A stretch of 64,000 bases of DNA, taken from IMG/VR virus record IMGVR_UViG_3300022698_000267, positions 1 to 64,000 of that record; one strand, given 5' to 3'. Positions 30,826 through 41,828 of the stretch are shown here, piece by piece. A program made the position numbers and the translations under genes. The stretch's first letter is position 1. Every line of letters begins with the position of its first letter. The notes beneath the pieces are model-generated. The model was given only the letters and a program-made list of their open reading frames with translations, was not told the origin of the DNA and did no database searches.

Positions 30826-33800
30826 TTATGCTCCAGAAGCACTACTTGAACTACTACTTGAATTTGATGATGAACTAGAAGAACTACTTGAACTTGAAAA
30901 TGAACTAGAAGAACTAATATCAATATCTTCATCAAAACCGATTTCCAAATTTGTTACCAGTTTCATCTCACTCAAGAATTTGTTTACATAATTCCACATT
31001 TTAGAAGTATCGTAAAGATATATCATATCCACCTGATCTTTATTAAAGTACTGGTCGTAAACCCTAACAACAGCTATTGCACAACGATGATCGGGATTTA
31101 TAAAACCTAGTCTTAAATAATCAGTTACATCCGGAGTCACAGTGACTCCGGATGTAATACTATCTGCTAGTTCACCATCGACGTATAAATCTGCTCTGTT
31201 GTTATCATAATCTACAGATATACAAATAAACATGTTCTGTGAACCGTCTATTGCTATACCACGGTCAGCAGCTCTTGGAAGATATGACATTGTTGTAGAT
31301 AAGGTCCCACCTCCATTGAACGAACATGTTAATGAACTAGAAGAACTACTTAAAATCCAATGATTATTTCTTCTAGCCATTTCACAATTAGGCCAATCGT
31401 ACCATTCATCAACACGCCAGAAGAAACTTATTGTTTCCCCACCGGAGTTTCCATTACCTAAATATAAATCTGCCTCCTCAGCAGATGCTAAAGTGATACT
31501 TGTACTATGGCTTGAATATCCAGTTCGAAGACAGGTTCGAAAAAATTGATCGTACTCTCGCCACCCATCATCCAAGTTAGTTGTACGATCTCCTAGAATA
31601 CCATGATTTTTGAGTGTTGTAGATGTGTTAGAATCCATTATCATGTATACCAGACATTTTGGCGGCTGATACATTGTAGTATTTCCTTGTAACTCAGTAT
31701 GGAATTTAATTTCATATTGTAGATCATTAGATAATGCATTTTTCATAGCAATTCCATGTATTTGCGTTCTATCTGTATCATCATACATGATTTCTAATTG
31801 ATTATTATAATTCAGTCTTAATGGAATTGGGTACTGTGCTGCTAAAACTCTTTCGGAACAGTGACTATCAGTAGCATATTCCTCCTCTGTTGCTGAAACT
31901 GATGATTCAGTAAAATCGTAACTTATATCCCATAAACTGGTATCTAAAGTAGTAAAATCATCGTAGAAGTTAAATAGATCTAAAGCAGTGTATGAATTGA
32001 CATAATCTGTTAGCTCTATATCTACAATCTGACCCGCTGTTAGCAGTTCGATTTTAACCCAAATTCCTTTTCCATTGAAATTAGCCATATTAGTTGTAAT
32101 TGATCCATCCTCTGCTTCATATAGAGTAGGAATACGAATTGAATTAACTACTGCTACAATTCCAGAAGAAAAAGTTCCGAAACTATAATCCTCTACATCT
32201 AATTTTAAAGTATAATTTGTTATATCAACATCATTAGGGTTATAAACTTTCAATATAAAGCTGCTTACGTCACCTACAATAGCCGATTTTGTATTAGAGG
32301 TATATTGGGATGGGATATTAACATAACACCAGTCTACATCGCTGTAATGGGACGTATCGTTTAATTCCATTTGCATTGACAAACTATGAATATATGTTAT
32401 AGATGAAATTTTGGTATAGACAAGGAATCCAATAGACAGTTTATAATCTCCGTTATTGTATTGTGACAACAACGAATTAAAACCTGCAAATGTTTTACTT
32501 TCTCCAAATTTTCCAATTATTCTAGAATTAAGATTGTTATCAATTTCATCATTTGTAAGAATTGAGACGATGGGAGTTATTTCTTTTGGAACTCCATATT
32601 GTGGATCAATGCAAAAGAATTTTTCAGATGAATCAGTTTCATCTATAATCTTTAACATTGGTGCTGTATATAATTTCATATCTTTTTTAGTTTCTAAGTA
32701 CAGGATTGAATCAAGTTCCATATACTGTCTAGCTTCAGAACTGGTTCCAAAATAAAAATCGACATAGATTTTAGTAGGACTTGTAAGATAGCTCTCCAGA
32801 CTAGCCGACCAAGATTGGGCATTTGATTCTTCATTTTCTTCCAACCATAATTTAACACCCATACTTTGACCAACTCTATGAATTTTTAAAATAAACCATT
32901 CGTTTGTATGTTGATAAATTCTGTCTGTTGTATCACCCGAAAATTTTACAGAAGTATTAGCATAAGCTCTATGTAATCTGCCTTCTATAGTGGAAACGTT
33001 ACTAACTTTCTCATACCTTAAAATTATTTCAAAACGATGATCATTATCTATATAAAAAGGAGAAATTCTAAAGTAATTTCCATATGTAGCATCAAACTGA
33101 TCACTAAATCTAAATTTATATTGGATATAGTAGTCGTCGATTTCGCTGCCCGGCATTATAGAATCTACGGAAGTGATATCAGTGGAGTATTGAGTAATTT
33201 TAATGGAATCGTTTGAAAAATCTACCGGTGAACCAGAATTGTAATGTATATTCCAATTAAGTTTGGTTGGAGCAACAAAATCTTCAAGTATATAAGAATC
33301 GAATTCTGGTTCATCATATAAAGTTGGATAACTATTATAAATTCCTGTAGTATTTTTATAATTATAGTGACCACCATGTAATGAATACATTCCGAGTCTG
33401 GTAATATCTTCCACTGGAATTTGTGTGTCATCAAAAACTAAATTACATCTTTTTCCATCATCCTTTGCTAGTAATTGACTATCTGCTAAACTTATAGGTT
33501 TTGTAATTGTTGTTTCTGAATCTACAGATTGTATTCCACTACTAAGTTCGTATCTAGAAGCCAAACTCCATAACATAGGATCGTTATCGAGGGATTCTGT
33601 AGCAGTATTTTTAGAGATTTTGTAACTTACACTTACATCCGAATCTTTTGCTCCGTAAAAGGATTGTTCAATTTCCGAAAATCTTGTAGTTACTTTAGTT
33701 ATAACATTTTCAGTCATACTATCTTCTAAAAGAACAATAGTAGATGATGCAACTTCTAGAGGTGTAACTTCTAAACTTGTGTACTTAGAGTTTGCATAAG

Positions 33801-36800
33801 TCTCATCAATATAAGATATTGGAAAATCAAACTTATAACCAGAAGAAAGAATACTTTGTAAATCTGAATTCTTTACAAATTTAAAATAATCAGTGTCTTC
33901 ATTTTCTTTCTTGGTTCTTGGATTTATGAAGACTAAAATTTCCTCTGGATTTTCTTGTGTAAATATGAAGTTTCCAATACTATTAGAATAGCAAGTTCGT
34001 AGTGGAGTTAAATCTGTAGTTGCATATGTACAAACTTTAAATTGTTCTTCTGAATTTAAATCTTCTGATTTGAATAAGTATAGTTGTGGACCAGCATTTT
34101 CAAGAGGTGTAATAGTATTATTAGTAGTGTAAAGGTATGAATCTTCTGTCCCCATTGTAACTTTATGTATTGGGAAACAGAAGTTCTTCCTCTTTTTAAA
34201 GGTAGTGGATGATGAACTCCAATAATCTGGAGGATACACTGCAATTGGTAATTTGGAATATTGATTTGTAATGAATGGATGCAAATCATAAGCGATTATT
34301 GATATTAGATTACATGTATTGTAAATGATGAATTTATCTGAGTATTCGTCAGAATACGATAATCTAGTTGCATAGATATTCATTCCAATCTGTGTGAAAT
34401 CATCTGGAACTATAGAGTCTTCAATTCCTTCAAATCCATTAAGGTTATAACAATTCGTTTTATGTTTGTCCCTATAGAAAACTAGTTTTCTGTAGGTCAT
34501 GTGATCCATACCAGTTATTGAAAAAGATACACCTGTAGTTGCACTATAATCTTCTGCCGGTTCATTACAAAAAATAGTGAAGTAACTGGAAGAGGGTAGT
34601 GTTTTAAACTCCATCGTAAAATTATCTTCATCTGTAGGTATATCGAAATATAGGCCTTTAGTACTTTGTGAAAAATAGAAGGAATTTGAATTAACATTAT
34701 ACTCAGTCACATTATAGGCAGTGGCTAATGTAAGAATATTGGAAGGAACTATGTAAAGAGATAGAAAAGAACTAGCACTTTGACTCATTGGAGTTTCAGA
34801 ACTGACTATTTTTATTGTGCTAGTGCCTGGTTTGACATAAGTAGATTTTTCATACGTTACATATCCACAATTTTCGAATTCTTTAGTATTAGATATAACT
34901 GGTCTATTGGAATCATAACCCAAATCAGAAAATGAATCAGTTTTGTAATACTCTGCATTATTTCCTAAAATTCCATTTGCATCGTATTGTGTTATTGGTC
35001 TAAAATCCTCTTTTACTCTTACTCCAGCATTTATGGAAGGCATTTTTACAAATATTACATTTCCACAATCCACATCAGAAGACAATTCGTGATTTAAATC
35101 ATCCAATATTAAGAAGTCTAAAGATGTGTCATCTTCATCGGTAACGTCTATATTTCTATCCACACAAAATGGCAGATTTATTTTTGTGTAAACATTGGAA
35201 ACATCTTCTAATGTTCTATTGTAAACTTCTACTTCAAAATCCAGAAGTTCAGATTTTTGTTTTGCTATGAAGTAGGCATATAAAGTTATCCCAGTATTTT
35301 CTATTTCAGGATACAAGTTTTTTAAGGATTCTTTATGTGGAAATATTGTCCAATAGTGCTTTCTTTCATTTAATCCTATCTCTGTTGTAATGTCGTCTCC
35401 AAATTGATCTATAGACCATGGAATTATATGCATGCCATCTGTTAAATACAAACTCTCAATATTTACATATCTTCTGGTAGCTCCAGTCCCAATGTACTTA
35501 GGAACATATAGATGTGGATCAGTATATACATCGGAATTTTGAATAACCATATAGACATAGTAATCAGTAAAATCTTTATCCGCTATTTTCATTGTAGTTT
35601 CTGGAAGAAGAAGTGTTATATCTCTTTTGATATCTTCATGAATAAAATGTCTATAAGTTTCTTGATCCTCTTCTGTTACTATAATATCATCTGTTCCTAA
35701 ATGATCTTTCACTACATTTTCGGAATCATAGTCACCTTCTGAGGATGGAACATTAGAAAGTTTTCGTAACTTCCAAGTTTCTAATGAATCTATGATTAGA
35801 GAATATGGATTATCATTAATTGGAAATGAGAAAAATTCGTCGGAAACAAATACTGAAGATCCTTGGAAAGTTAAGGTTAAATCTGCTATATTTTCCGTAC
35901 TTTGAATAGTATTTTCAAATAAGTAAGTGTCTGAACCTATAGTATAACCAGTAGTATTATCAGCATATATCCACTTGGTTGTTACATAATCGTACGAAGA
36001 TTGAGCTGCAGTTTTCATCAAATAGAATTTTGTTCGATGATCAGAATGAGCTGGATCTCTAGAAAATGTAGAAAGGGCCATGAACTCGTCACTATTTAAT
36101 GTTAGAGACCTTCCAGAAATATCAATAACATCGCCAGTTTTTAAAATAGCAGATATATACAATTTATAATAGTCTTCTACTGGATTGGCATATTGTCGCC
36201 ATATATTGTCTATGTCACCAGCTCTATTAAAATCGTGTTTCGTTTCAGATCTTGTGCTATAATCTAAGAAATGAAATCCTGTTTGATCATCCACATAGAT
36301 TGGAACAACATAAATGTCACCTCTTTCATACATGTTATTAAGATAATTGGAATTTCTAATCCGATAATAGTAACTTACTATATCACCTTCATTTCCTTCT
36401 TCTATGTTTCCAACTATTTTTCCAGCTGTATAATTTGCTTCTGTGACCCATATACCATATTGAAATTGTGAAAGTGTATCTACATTTGCAGAATTTACAT
36501 TTTGAACCAAGTCGACCTTTGCAGCATCTGCTTCAGTCGTGATTAAATTTGTAACCTCTTGATTAGTTCCATCATAGTTAATACAAGATGATGATATCCA
36601 ATTCATTATCTCGCCACTATTGTTTGTTATTAACCCAGCGTATGGAACTACATATCCATACATTGTGGATTCTAGTGTCATTTTCATTCCAGACCAGTAG
36701 TTACCATGATCATTTATATTGAATATCACAATTCCAGATCCAGCGGTCAGAGAAGATATATCATATTCGAAAGCCACATAGTAATGAGTTCTATCTTCAG

Positions 36801-38154
36801 TTGATAGTGGTGCTGTATAAGCATATGATGCTTCATTTACTGTACTAGTTGGTGTATATTCCACACCATCTATAAATAAATGTGATGTGATACTTGCTTG
36901 ACTCTGTCTGGTTTTTATAGCTACTTTTAATGTTGGTGAATTTGGCCAATACAAGTATGCTATAAATTGCAGCTGTTTAGAATCTTCAGTTACATTAAAA
37001 GGCATTAGGTTAATATAGGGGTCGAGGATTGCACCGGTAGGAGGAGTAGTAGAGTATATATAGTCTCTTATAAATGCACCCCTATCATTTATACGAACAA
37101 TACTTGTTGTATCTGCAAATCTGGTTAAACTGGATGGGAATTGAAGTTTAATTGGCTTAACTGGAATATCTGTGGGTAAACGCATTGCTTTTATCTTTTT
37201 ATACTGAATGGTAAAATAATCAGAGTCTGAATATCCAAGATCAGCAACATCCTCTTCACCATAAAGATATTTCAATTTAATATGGTTATCGTTCGAAAAT
37301 TTATAGTATGAATCAAAAAATTTATGAGCACCTGGGAATGCTTTAGTTGCATTTGGAGCACAATCAAGGTATCGAATTGCTTTTGCTGCATTCGGTTGAC
37401 CATCTGATGTTATTTTATAGTAAAGTTCTCCGTTTAAACCCGAAAACCCATTATAATCGAAAGCAGTATTATTTTCCCCACTACTTGTTATCGTTACTAA
37501 AGCAGAACTTTCAACCGTTGAGTCATCGGTATCACATCCAGGATACTCAGAAGTTTTCGAAAAGATTCTAGAATACTTGTAATTTATAACTTCTGGTGAT
37601 ACAGGACTTATTAAATTTAAAGCTATTGTATTACTATTTGATATTGTAGACTGTGAAAAGGATGAAGAAGCCGGATTATCTGGAGTGTCCATGTCATACG
37701 TTATTGTATAGGTTCCATTAACAACATTTAATGGTTCTATACTGATATTAGAAGCACTTAAATCGAAAACTGTATATATTTTCCTTCCATGGTATGAAAC
37801 CAACCCATATAAATCTTTCGTTGCACTAGATGAATTAGACCAAGCAAAAGATATCGAATACTTTTTCTCTGCTTCTGTATATGTAAAAGCAGAGGTTATT
37901 GCTCCAGATGCAACAGTACCAATCTCATCAGCCATAGTATGCACATATTTGCTGTAAGAAGTTTGGTATCTTTCTCCAAGACTTTCGAACATTAAATCTA
38001 AGTTTAAACTTCCTGGAGGAGTATGTGTTTTTGCCCACAAAGTTGCTGTATTAAAATCATTAATTTCTTTCTTCACATTGCCATTATGATCTAGTATTTG
38101 TAAAGAAACTACACCTTTCACCTTGACATTTTGTAAGTCTAAAACAGATTTCAT
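30826..38154 (-). CDS. Very large tail fibre/baseplate-like protein with DUF2341-like and LamG-like regions and a C-terminal poly-Ser tail
   Basis: 2442 aa, Tyr/Ser/Thr/Asp-rich; KGVVSLQILD..GNV N-terminus, IWVKI, FNFYDDF, LYVDGEL, terminal SSSSS... Confidence 0.65.
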   Translation of the reverse strand: MKSVLDLQNVKVKGVVSLQILDHNGNVKKEINDFNTATLWAKTHTPPGSLNLDLMFESLGERYQTSYSKYVHTMADEIGTVASGAITSAFTYTEAEKKYSISFAWSNSSSATKDLYGLVSYHGRKIYTVFDLSASNISIEPLNVVNGTYTITYDMDTPDNPASSSFSQSTISNSNTIALNLISPVSPEVINYKYSRIFSKTSEYPGCDTDDSTVESSALVTITSSGENNTAFDYNGFSGLNGELYYKITSDGQPNAAKAIRYLDCAPNATKAFPGAHKFFDSYYKFSNDNHIKLKYLYGEEDVADLGYSDSDYFTIQYKKIKAMRLPTDIPVKPIKLQFPSSLTRFADTTSIVRINDRGAFIRDYIYSTTPPTGAILDPYINLMPFNVTEDSKQLQFIAYLYWPNSPTLKVAIKTRQSQASITSHLFIDGVEYTPTSTVNEASYAYTAPLSTEDRTHYYVAFEYDISSLTAGSGIVIFNINDHGNYWSGMKMTLESTMYGYVVPYAGLITNNSGEIMNWISSSCINYDGTNQEVTNLITTEADAAKVDLVQNVNSANVDTLSQFQYGIWVTEANYTAGKIVGNIEEGNEGDIVSYYYRIRNSNYLNNMYERGDIYVVPIYVDDQTGFHFLDYSTRSETKHDFNRAGDIDNIWRQYANPVEDYYKLYISAILKTGDVIDISGRSLTLNSDEFMALSTFSRDPAHSDHRTKFYLMKTAAQSSYDYVTTKWIYADNTTGYTIGSDTYLFENTIQSTENIADLTLTFQGSSVFVSDEFFSFPINDNPYSLIIDSLETWKLRKLSNVPSSEGDYDSENVVKDHLGTDDIIVTEEDQETYRHFIHEDIKRDITLLLPETTMKIADKDFTDYYVYMVIQNSDVYTDPHLYVPKYIGTGATRRYVNIESLYLTDGMHIIPWSIDQFGDDITTEIGLNERKHYWTIFPHKESLKNLYPEIENTGITLYAYFIAKQKSELLDFEVEVYNRTLEDVSNVYTKINLPFCVDRNIDVTDEDDTSLDFLILDDLNHELSSDVDCGNVIFVKMPSINAGVRVKEDFRPITQYDANGILGNNAEYYKTDSFSDLGYDSNRPVISNTKEFENCGYVTYEKSTYVKPGTSTIKIVSSETPMSQSASSFLSLYIVPSNILTLATAYNVTEYNVNSNSFYFSQSTKGLYFDIPTDEDNFTMEFKTLPSSSYFTIFCNEPAEDYSATTGVSFSITGMDHMTYRKLVFYRDKHKTNCYNLNGFEGIEDSIVPDDFTQIGMNIYATRLSYSDEYSDKFIIYNTCNLISIIAYDLHPFITNQYSKLPIAVYPPDYWSSSSTTFKKRKNFCFPIHKVTMGTEDSYLYTTNNTITPLENAGPQLYLFKSEDLNSEEQFKVCTYATTDLTPLRTCYSNSIGNFIFTQENPEEILVFINPRTKKENEDTDYFKFVKNSDLQSILSSGYKFDFPISYIDETYANSKYTSLEVTPLEVASSTIVLLEDSMTENVITKVTTRFSEIEQSFYGAKDSDVSVSYKISKNTATESLDNDPMLWSLASRYELSSGIQSVDSETTITKPISLADSQLLAKDDGKRCNLVFDDTQIPVEDITRLGMYSLHGGHYNYKNTTGIYNSYPTLYDEPEFDSYILEDFVAPTKLNWNIHYNSGSPVDFSNDSIKITQYSTDITSVDSIMPGSEIDDYYIQYKFRFSDQFDATYGNYFRISPFYIDNDHRFEIILRYEKVSNVSTIEGRLHRAYANTSVKFSGDTTDRIYQHTNEWFILKIHRVGQSMGVKLWLEENEESNAQSWSASLESYLTSPTKIYVDFYFGTSSEARQYMELDSILYLETKKDMKLYTAPMLKIIDETDSSEKFFCIDPQYGVPKEITPIVSILTNDEIDNNLNSRIIGKFGESKTFAGFNSLLSQYNNGDYKLSIGFLVYTKISSITYIHSLSMQMELNDTSHYSDVDWCYVNIPSQYTSNTKSAIVGDVSSFILKVYNPNDVDITNYTLKLDVEDYSFGTFSSGIVAVVNSIRIPTLYEAEDGSITTNMANFNGKGIWVKIELLTAGQIVDIELTDYVNSYTALDLFNFYDDFTTLDTSLWDISYDFTESSVSATEEEYATDSHCSERVLAAQYPIPLRLNYNNQLEIMYDDTDRTQIHGIAMKNALSNDLQYEIKFHTELQGNTTMYQPPKCLVYMIMDSNTSTTLKNHGILGDRTTNLDDGWREYDQFFRTCLRTGYSSHSTSITLASAEEADLYLGNGNSGGETISFFWRVDEWYDWPNCEMARRNNHWILSSSSSSLTCSFNGGGTLSTTMSYLPRAADRGIAIDGSQNMFICISVDYDNNRADLYVDGELADSITSGVTVTPDVTDYLRLGFINPDHRCAIAVVRVYDQYFNKDQVDMIYLYDTSKMWNYVNKFLSEMKLVTNLEIGFDEDIDISSSSSFSSSSSSSSSSSNSSSSSSSASGA

Positions 38155-38168
38155 GTTAAGTCCTCTTT

Positions 38169-39143
38169 TTAAATACTTCCAACGATAAAAGTTGCCTTGC
38201 TGCTATCATTAATGATATATAAGTATTGGTCAGAATCATATTCATCGATCCAATTAGCGTGATCCACAATTTTTGGGAATTGTGGGTAATTATTAGTTAA
38301 AATCACTATTTTATTTTCTGGAGTGCTCTCACCAAATTTGCTAACAAAGTTGGCTGTTGTTATGGATTCATATTCAGTATATGTGTTTGCTACTCCAAGA
38401 AATTCTGAAAATTCAAAATAGGTTCCACTAGGGCTTTTTTGGTTCCATGTAGAAGTGACGGCATTCCAAGCCCACCAAGTCCCGTCTCCAGAACCGAATA
38501 GAAATCTTGGTTTATGTATGACAACACTTTTACTTGGAAGTACATCATCAGGTATGTAATCTAATGTTACTGTAATTGAATCTACTCCACTCTCTTCAAA
38601 TATAAGATAAAATGCAGAAAATTCAGTTAAGCTAAAGGGATAAATTAATCTTTCGTACTTTGGATCGAATGTGAATTGCAACAAACTATCTGTAAGAAAT
38701 AATAATGAATTTCTTTTGAGTTTTTGGTTTGAACAAGTTATAGGAGTCTGCTTACTAAGAATAACTGATGGCATACTTGTTCCAGATCCTGTTACAATAC
38801 TTTGATTATCAATATCTATTGCAGCAAAACTTTCTTCTTCTGCTAAATCTCTCAAAAATAATGAGGTGATGGTATTATTCAGAAAGTGAAGAACTACTTC
38901 TCCAGTCATTCCTTCATACAATTGAGTAGCCATATACTGTAAAGAAATGTCTTTATTGACTGGAAGAACAGAATCAAATAATTTGAAATGTCTCATAACA
39001 TCTTCAAAGATTATGTACTGAAGACTGTTTTGAATATAAATTCCACTTTCACCAGAAAAGATATAAAAATCTTTGTTATCTACGTAATTGATTTGTAAAT
39101 TTTTACATTCTGTCGTCACTGAAATTTGTGTAGTAGTGAACAT
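38169..39143 (-). CDS. Hypothetical protein (virion module)
   Basis: 324-aa ORF co-oriented with the fibre genes. Confidence 0.55.
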   Translation of the reverse strand: MFTTTQISVTTECKNLQINYVDNKDFYIFSGESGIYIQNSLQYIIFEDVMRHFKLFDSVLPVNKDISLQYMATQLYEGMTGEVVLHFLNNTITSLFLRDLAEEESFAAIDIDNQSIVTGSGTSMPSVILSKQTPITCSNQKLKRNSLLFLTDSLLQFTFDPKYERLIYPFSLTEFSAFYLIFEESGVDSITVTLDYIPDDVLPSKSVVIHKPRFLFGSGDGTWWAWNAVTSTWNQKSPSGTYFEFSEFLGVANTYTEYESITTANFVSKFGESTPENKIVILTNNYPQFPKIVDHANWIDEYDSDQYLYIINDSSKATFIVGSI

Positions 39144-39300
39144 TGGAAAACTCCATTAAAAAATTCGGGTTGTATGATGTTTTAGGAAGAAAAGAAAAAC
39201 ATTGAGAAATATAGAAATTCCACTGTAGAATTTCTAAAATCCTAAACCGACTTTAAACAATGGGCATTTAGTCGGTATGCCGTTATAAGGAGGATTTATC

Positions 39301-40098
39301 ATGGTGTATAAAGAAAAATTTGTGGCAGTGATTAAAGAAAGTGGAAAAATTCTAAGAGAGATAGAAAAAGAAACAGTTATGCTTCCATTTGGAAGTGAAT
39401 ATTCGATACTTCTGAAGAATAAACATTGTAGAAAAGCTAGTGTTCAAGTAGAGATAGATGGACAAGATGTTTTATTTGGTAAGTCGTTGATTCTTGAACC
39501 AAATTCAGATTTAGAACTGGAAAGATTCTTGGAGAATATGGATTCTGGAAACAAATTCAGATTTATTCGAAAAACAGAAAAAATTCAAAAGCATAGAGGT
39601 GACAGACCAGATGATGGTTTAATTAGAATAGAATTTGCTTTTGAAAAATTGGTTCCATGGACAACTTGTTCAACTTACTACACATATCCATGTAATTTCA
39701 ACATCAATATGAGTCCACCCTTCTATAATACAACATTATACAATGCAACATTATCTAGTTCACCAAGTTCAAACTCATCAAGCAGTGGAAATAACAACTC
39801 TTTTATATCTTCTTGTTCAATGAATCAAATATCTGATTGTGGAGAACTTTCTAAGCCTTTAGAAGATGAAGGAATAACAGTTGAGGGTTCGAATTCACAA
39901 CAAAAATTTACTTATGGATACATTGGACAATTGGAAGAACCAGAAGTGATTATTCTAAGATTGAAAGGTCATAGTAACTCAAAAGATGTTAAACAAGCTG
40001 TAACTGTCAATAAGAAATTGACATGTTCAAGTTGTGGAAAGAAACATAAACCCAATATAAAATTTTGTTTTGAATGTGGTACTCGTTTAAAATTCTAA
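39301..40098 (+). CDS. Hypothetical protein with C-terminal double-CxxC zinc ribbon
   Basis: RBS aggagg; CSSCG...FCFECG; internal Ser/Asn-rich linker. Confidence 0.65.
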   Translation: MVYKEKFVAVIKESGKILREIEKETVMLPFGSEYSILLKNKHCRKASVQVEIDGQDVLFGKSLILEPNSDLELERFLENMDSGNKFRFIRKTEKIQKHRGDRPDDGLIRIEFAFEKLVPWTTCSTYYTYPCNFNINMSPPFYNTTLYNATLSSSPSSNSSSSGNNNSFISSCSMNQISDCGELSKPLEDEGITVEGSNSQQKFTYGYIGQLEEPEVIILRLKGHSNSKDVKQAVTVNKKLTCSSCGKKHKPNIKFCFECGTRLKF

Positions 40099-40129
40099 TT
40101 CAATATGAACCTCTTTCATTTGAGGGTAT

Positions 40130-41236
40130 ATGATGGAGAAACTTCTAAATGTTTTGATTATAGAGGATGATGAAAAGATTGCTGAGCTGGAGTCTTCGTA
40201 TCTTTCATCAATTTCAAATGACGTTTTTATAGCCTATACAATGAAAGAGGCTCTGAAGATTATTGATAAGGAGGATGATAAAATAGACATTATTGTTCTA
40301 GATTTAAATCTTCCAGATAGCAAAGAGATTGATTCTTTCTTTTTGATTAAACAGAAAGTTAGAAAAATACCTATTATCGTTGTAAGTGGTATTTCTATAG
40401 AATCTATAGCTATTGATGCTGTTAGTCGAGGAGCACAAGATTATATTGTAAAAGAGTACTTGAATGAGTACGTATTAATTAAATCTATTAGATATGCCTT
40501 AGAAAGACATTCTATTTTTTTAGCAATGGATACGATGGTCGAACAGAAAACTAAAGAAATTGCAATGGCCTCCAAGTTTTCATTTGAATTAGCTAAGGCA
40601 GTAACCTGGATTCTAGAAAATGACATTCTAGACAATGAAGTAGACTATCTGTTAAGAAAATTTGGTTCTATTTTAGAAGCAGATAGAATGACAGTTTTAA
40701 AATTACAAGGAACAGAAAATTCAGTTAATATACAAGATTATGAGGAAGCTTGTAATTATGGCATCACTGATTTTTGGCAGAAAGATACTGTTGAAACGTG
40801 TGAATTCGAAGATTTAAACTTTCCTTGTTTCGATGACAGAAACTATGATATGAATTGGTGGCATAAAGCTTTGGTTGACAGGAAAATTAAACATATATTG
40901 CCAAAAGATACAACTGGACCTACAGTTAATAGATTGATTGTTAAATATGGGAGCAAATCTATCATAGTCGTTCCAATTTACTTAGCTGATGCTACCCCTT
41001 GGGGATTACTAGTTTGTGAACAGTGCAATTATGAAAGACACTGGACAGAGTTGGAAATTAGGAATTTGGGAATTCTTGCTCCATTAATTTCATTGGTTTA
41101 TGAAAGAAATGAAAAGAATAAACGATTAGGAGAACTTTCTAAAAGAGCAGATAATGTTCTGTTGGACTTACAAGAACAACATAGTAAATTCAAGGGTTTA
41201 AATGAAGAGATGAGGGAACATGAACGAACTAGATAA
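40130..41236 (+). CDS. Response-regulator receiver + GAF domain protein
   Basis: VLIIEDD, IIVLDLNLPD, PIIVVSG and GAQDYIVK mark the receiver; KSIIVVPI...WGLLVCEQC...RHWTELE marks the GAF. Confidence 0.85.
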   Translation: MMEKLLNVLIIEDDEKIAELESSYLSSISNDVFIAYTMKEALKIIDKEDDKIDIIVLDLNLPDSKEIDSFFLIKQKVRKIPIIVVSGISIESIAIDAVSRGAQDYIVKEYLNEYVLIKSIRYALERHSIFLAMDTMVEQKTKEIAMASKFSFELAKAVTWILENDILDNEVDYLLRKFGSILEADRMTVLKLQGTENSVNIQDYEEACNYGITDFWQKDTVETCEFEDLNFPCFDDRNYDMNWWHKALVDRKIKHILPKDTTGPTVNRLIVKYGSKSIIVVPIYLADATPWGLLVCEQCNYERHWTELEIRNLGILAPLISLVYERNEKNKRLGELSKRADNVLLDLQEQHSKFKGLNEEMREHERTR

Positions 41237-41828
41237 TGTTGTAAATAAAATTCTTATGATGGTGGAATCCATCAGTAAGACAACTTCTGAGATTCGCATG
41301 TTCATGAATTCCACTAAAGAAACTATGCCAGATACTAGAGATGTTAGAGATATTAAAGATAGTATTGGCAGAAGTGAAAAAAGTCTGGTTACCCATTTAT
41401 CTGAATTAGATAACTTGGTTAAAACATTACACTCTTTGCTAAAACTTCCAGAATGTCTTGATGGGATAGAAAAGAAAACCGAAAGTTTAGGAAGTATATG
41501 TCCACAAAATCGTGATTCTTTAGTTAGCATAGAATCTATAGTTATTGGAATATCTTCTGATGTAACTCAATTAAAGCAAGATTTAGAAAATACTAACAAA
41601 TCCTTGGATTCATTAAAAGCTTGGGCTCTGCGAAGAGTTCCGGCAATAGTAGGAATAATAGTAGCAATTTTAATTGGTATTAGTTATTATGCAACATTTG
41701 TAAAACTATCAGATTGGGTAGTAAAATATAATACACAACAAGATTCGGTTTTATTAAACAACGTTAATTCCAGCCTTGATGAAATAAAAGAAAAAATGGG
41801 GATTCAAGATGACAATCAAAAAAACTAG
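41220..41828 (+). CDS. Coiled-coil protein with one TM segment
   Basis: Heptad-rich, followed by VPAIVGIIVAILIGISYY. Confidence 0.6.
   Translation: MNELDNVVNKILMMVESISKTTSEIRMFMNSTKETMPDTRDVRDIKDSIGRSEKSLVTHLSELDNLVKTLHSLLKLPECLDGIEKKTESLGSICPQNRDSLVSIESIVIGISSDVTQLKQDLENTNKSLDSLKAWALRRVPAIVGIIVAILIGISYYATFVKLSDWVVKYNTQQDSVLLNNVNSSLDEIKEKMGIQDDNQKN

Noticed and set aside
29252-38154. Diversity-generating retroelement targeting fibre genes
   Set aside because: No reverse transcriptase and no template/variable repeat pair differing at adenines was seen in this window.
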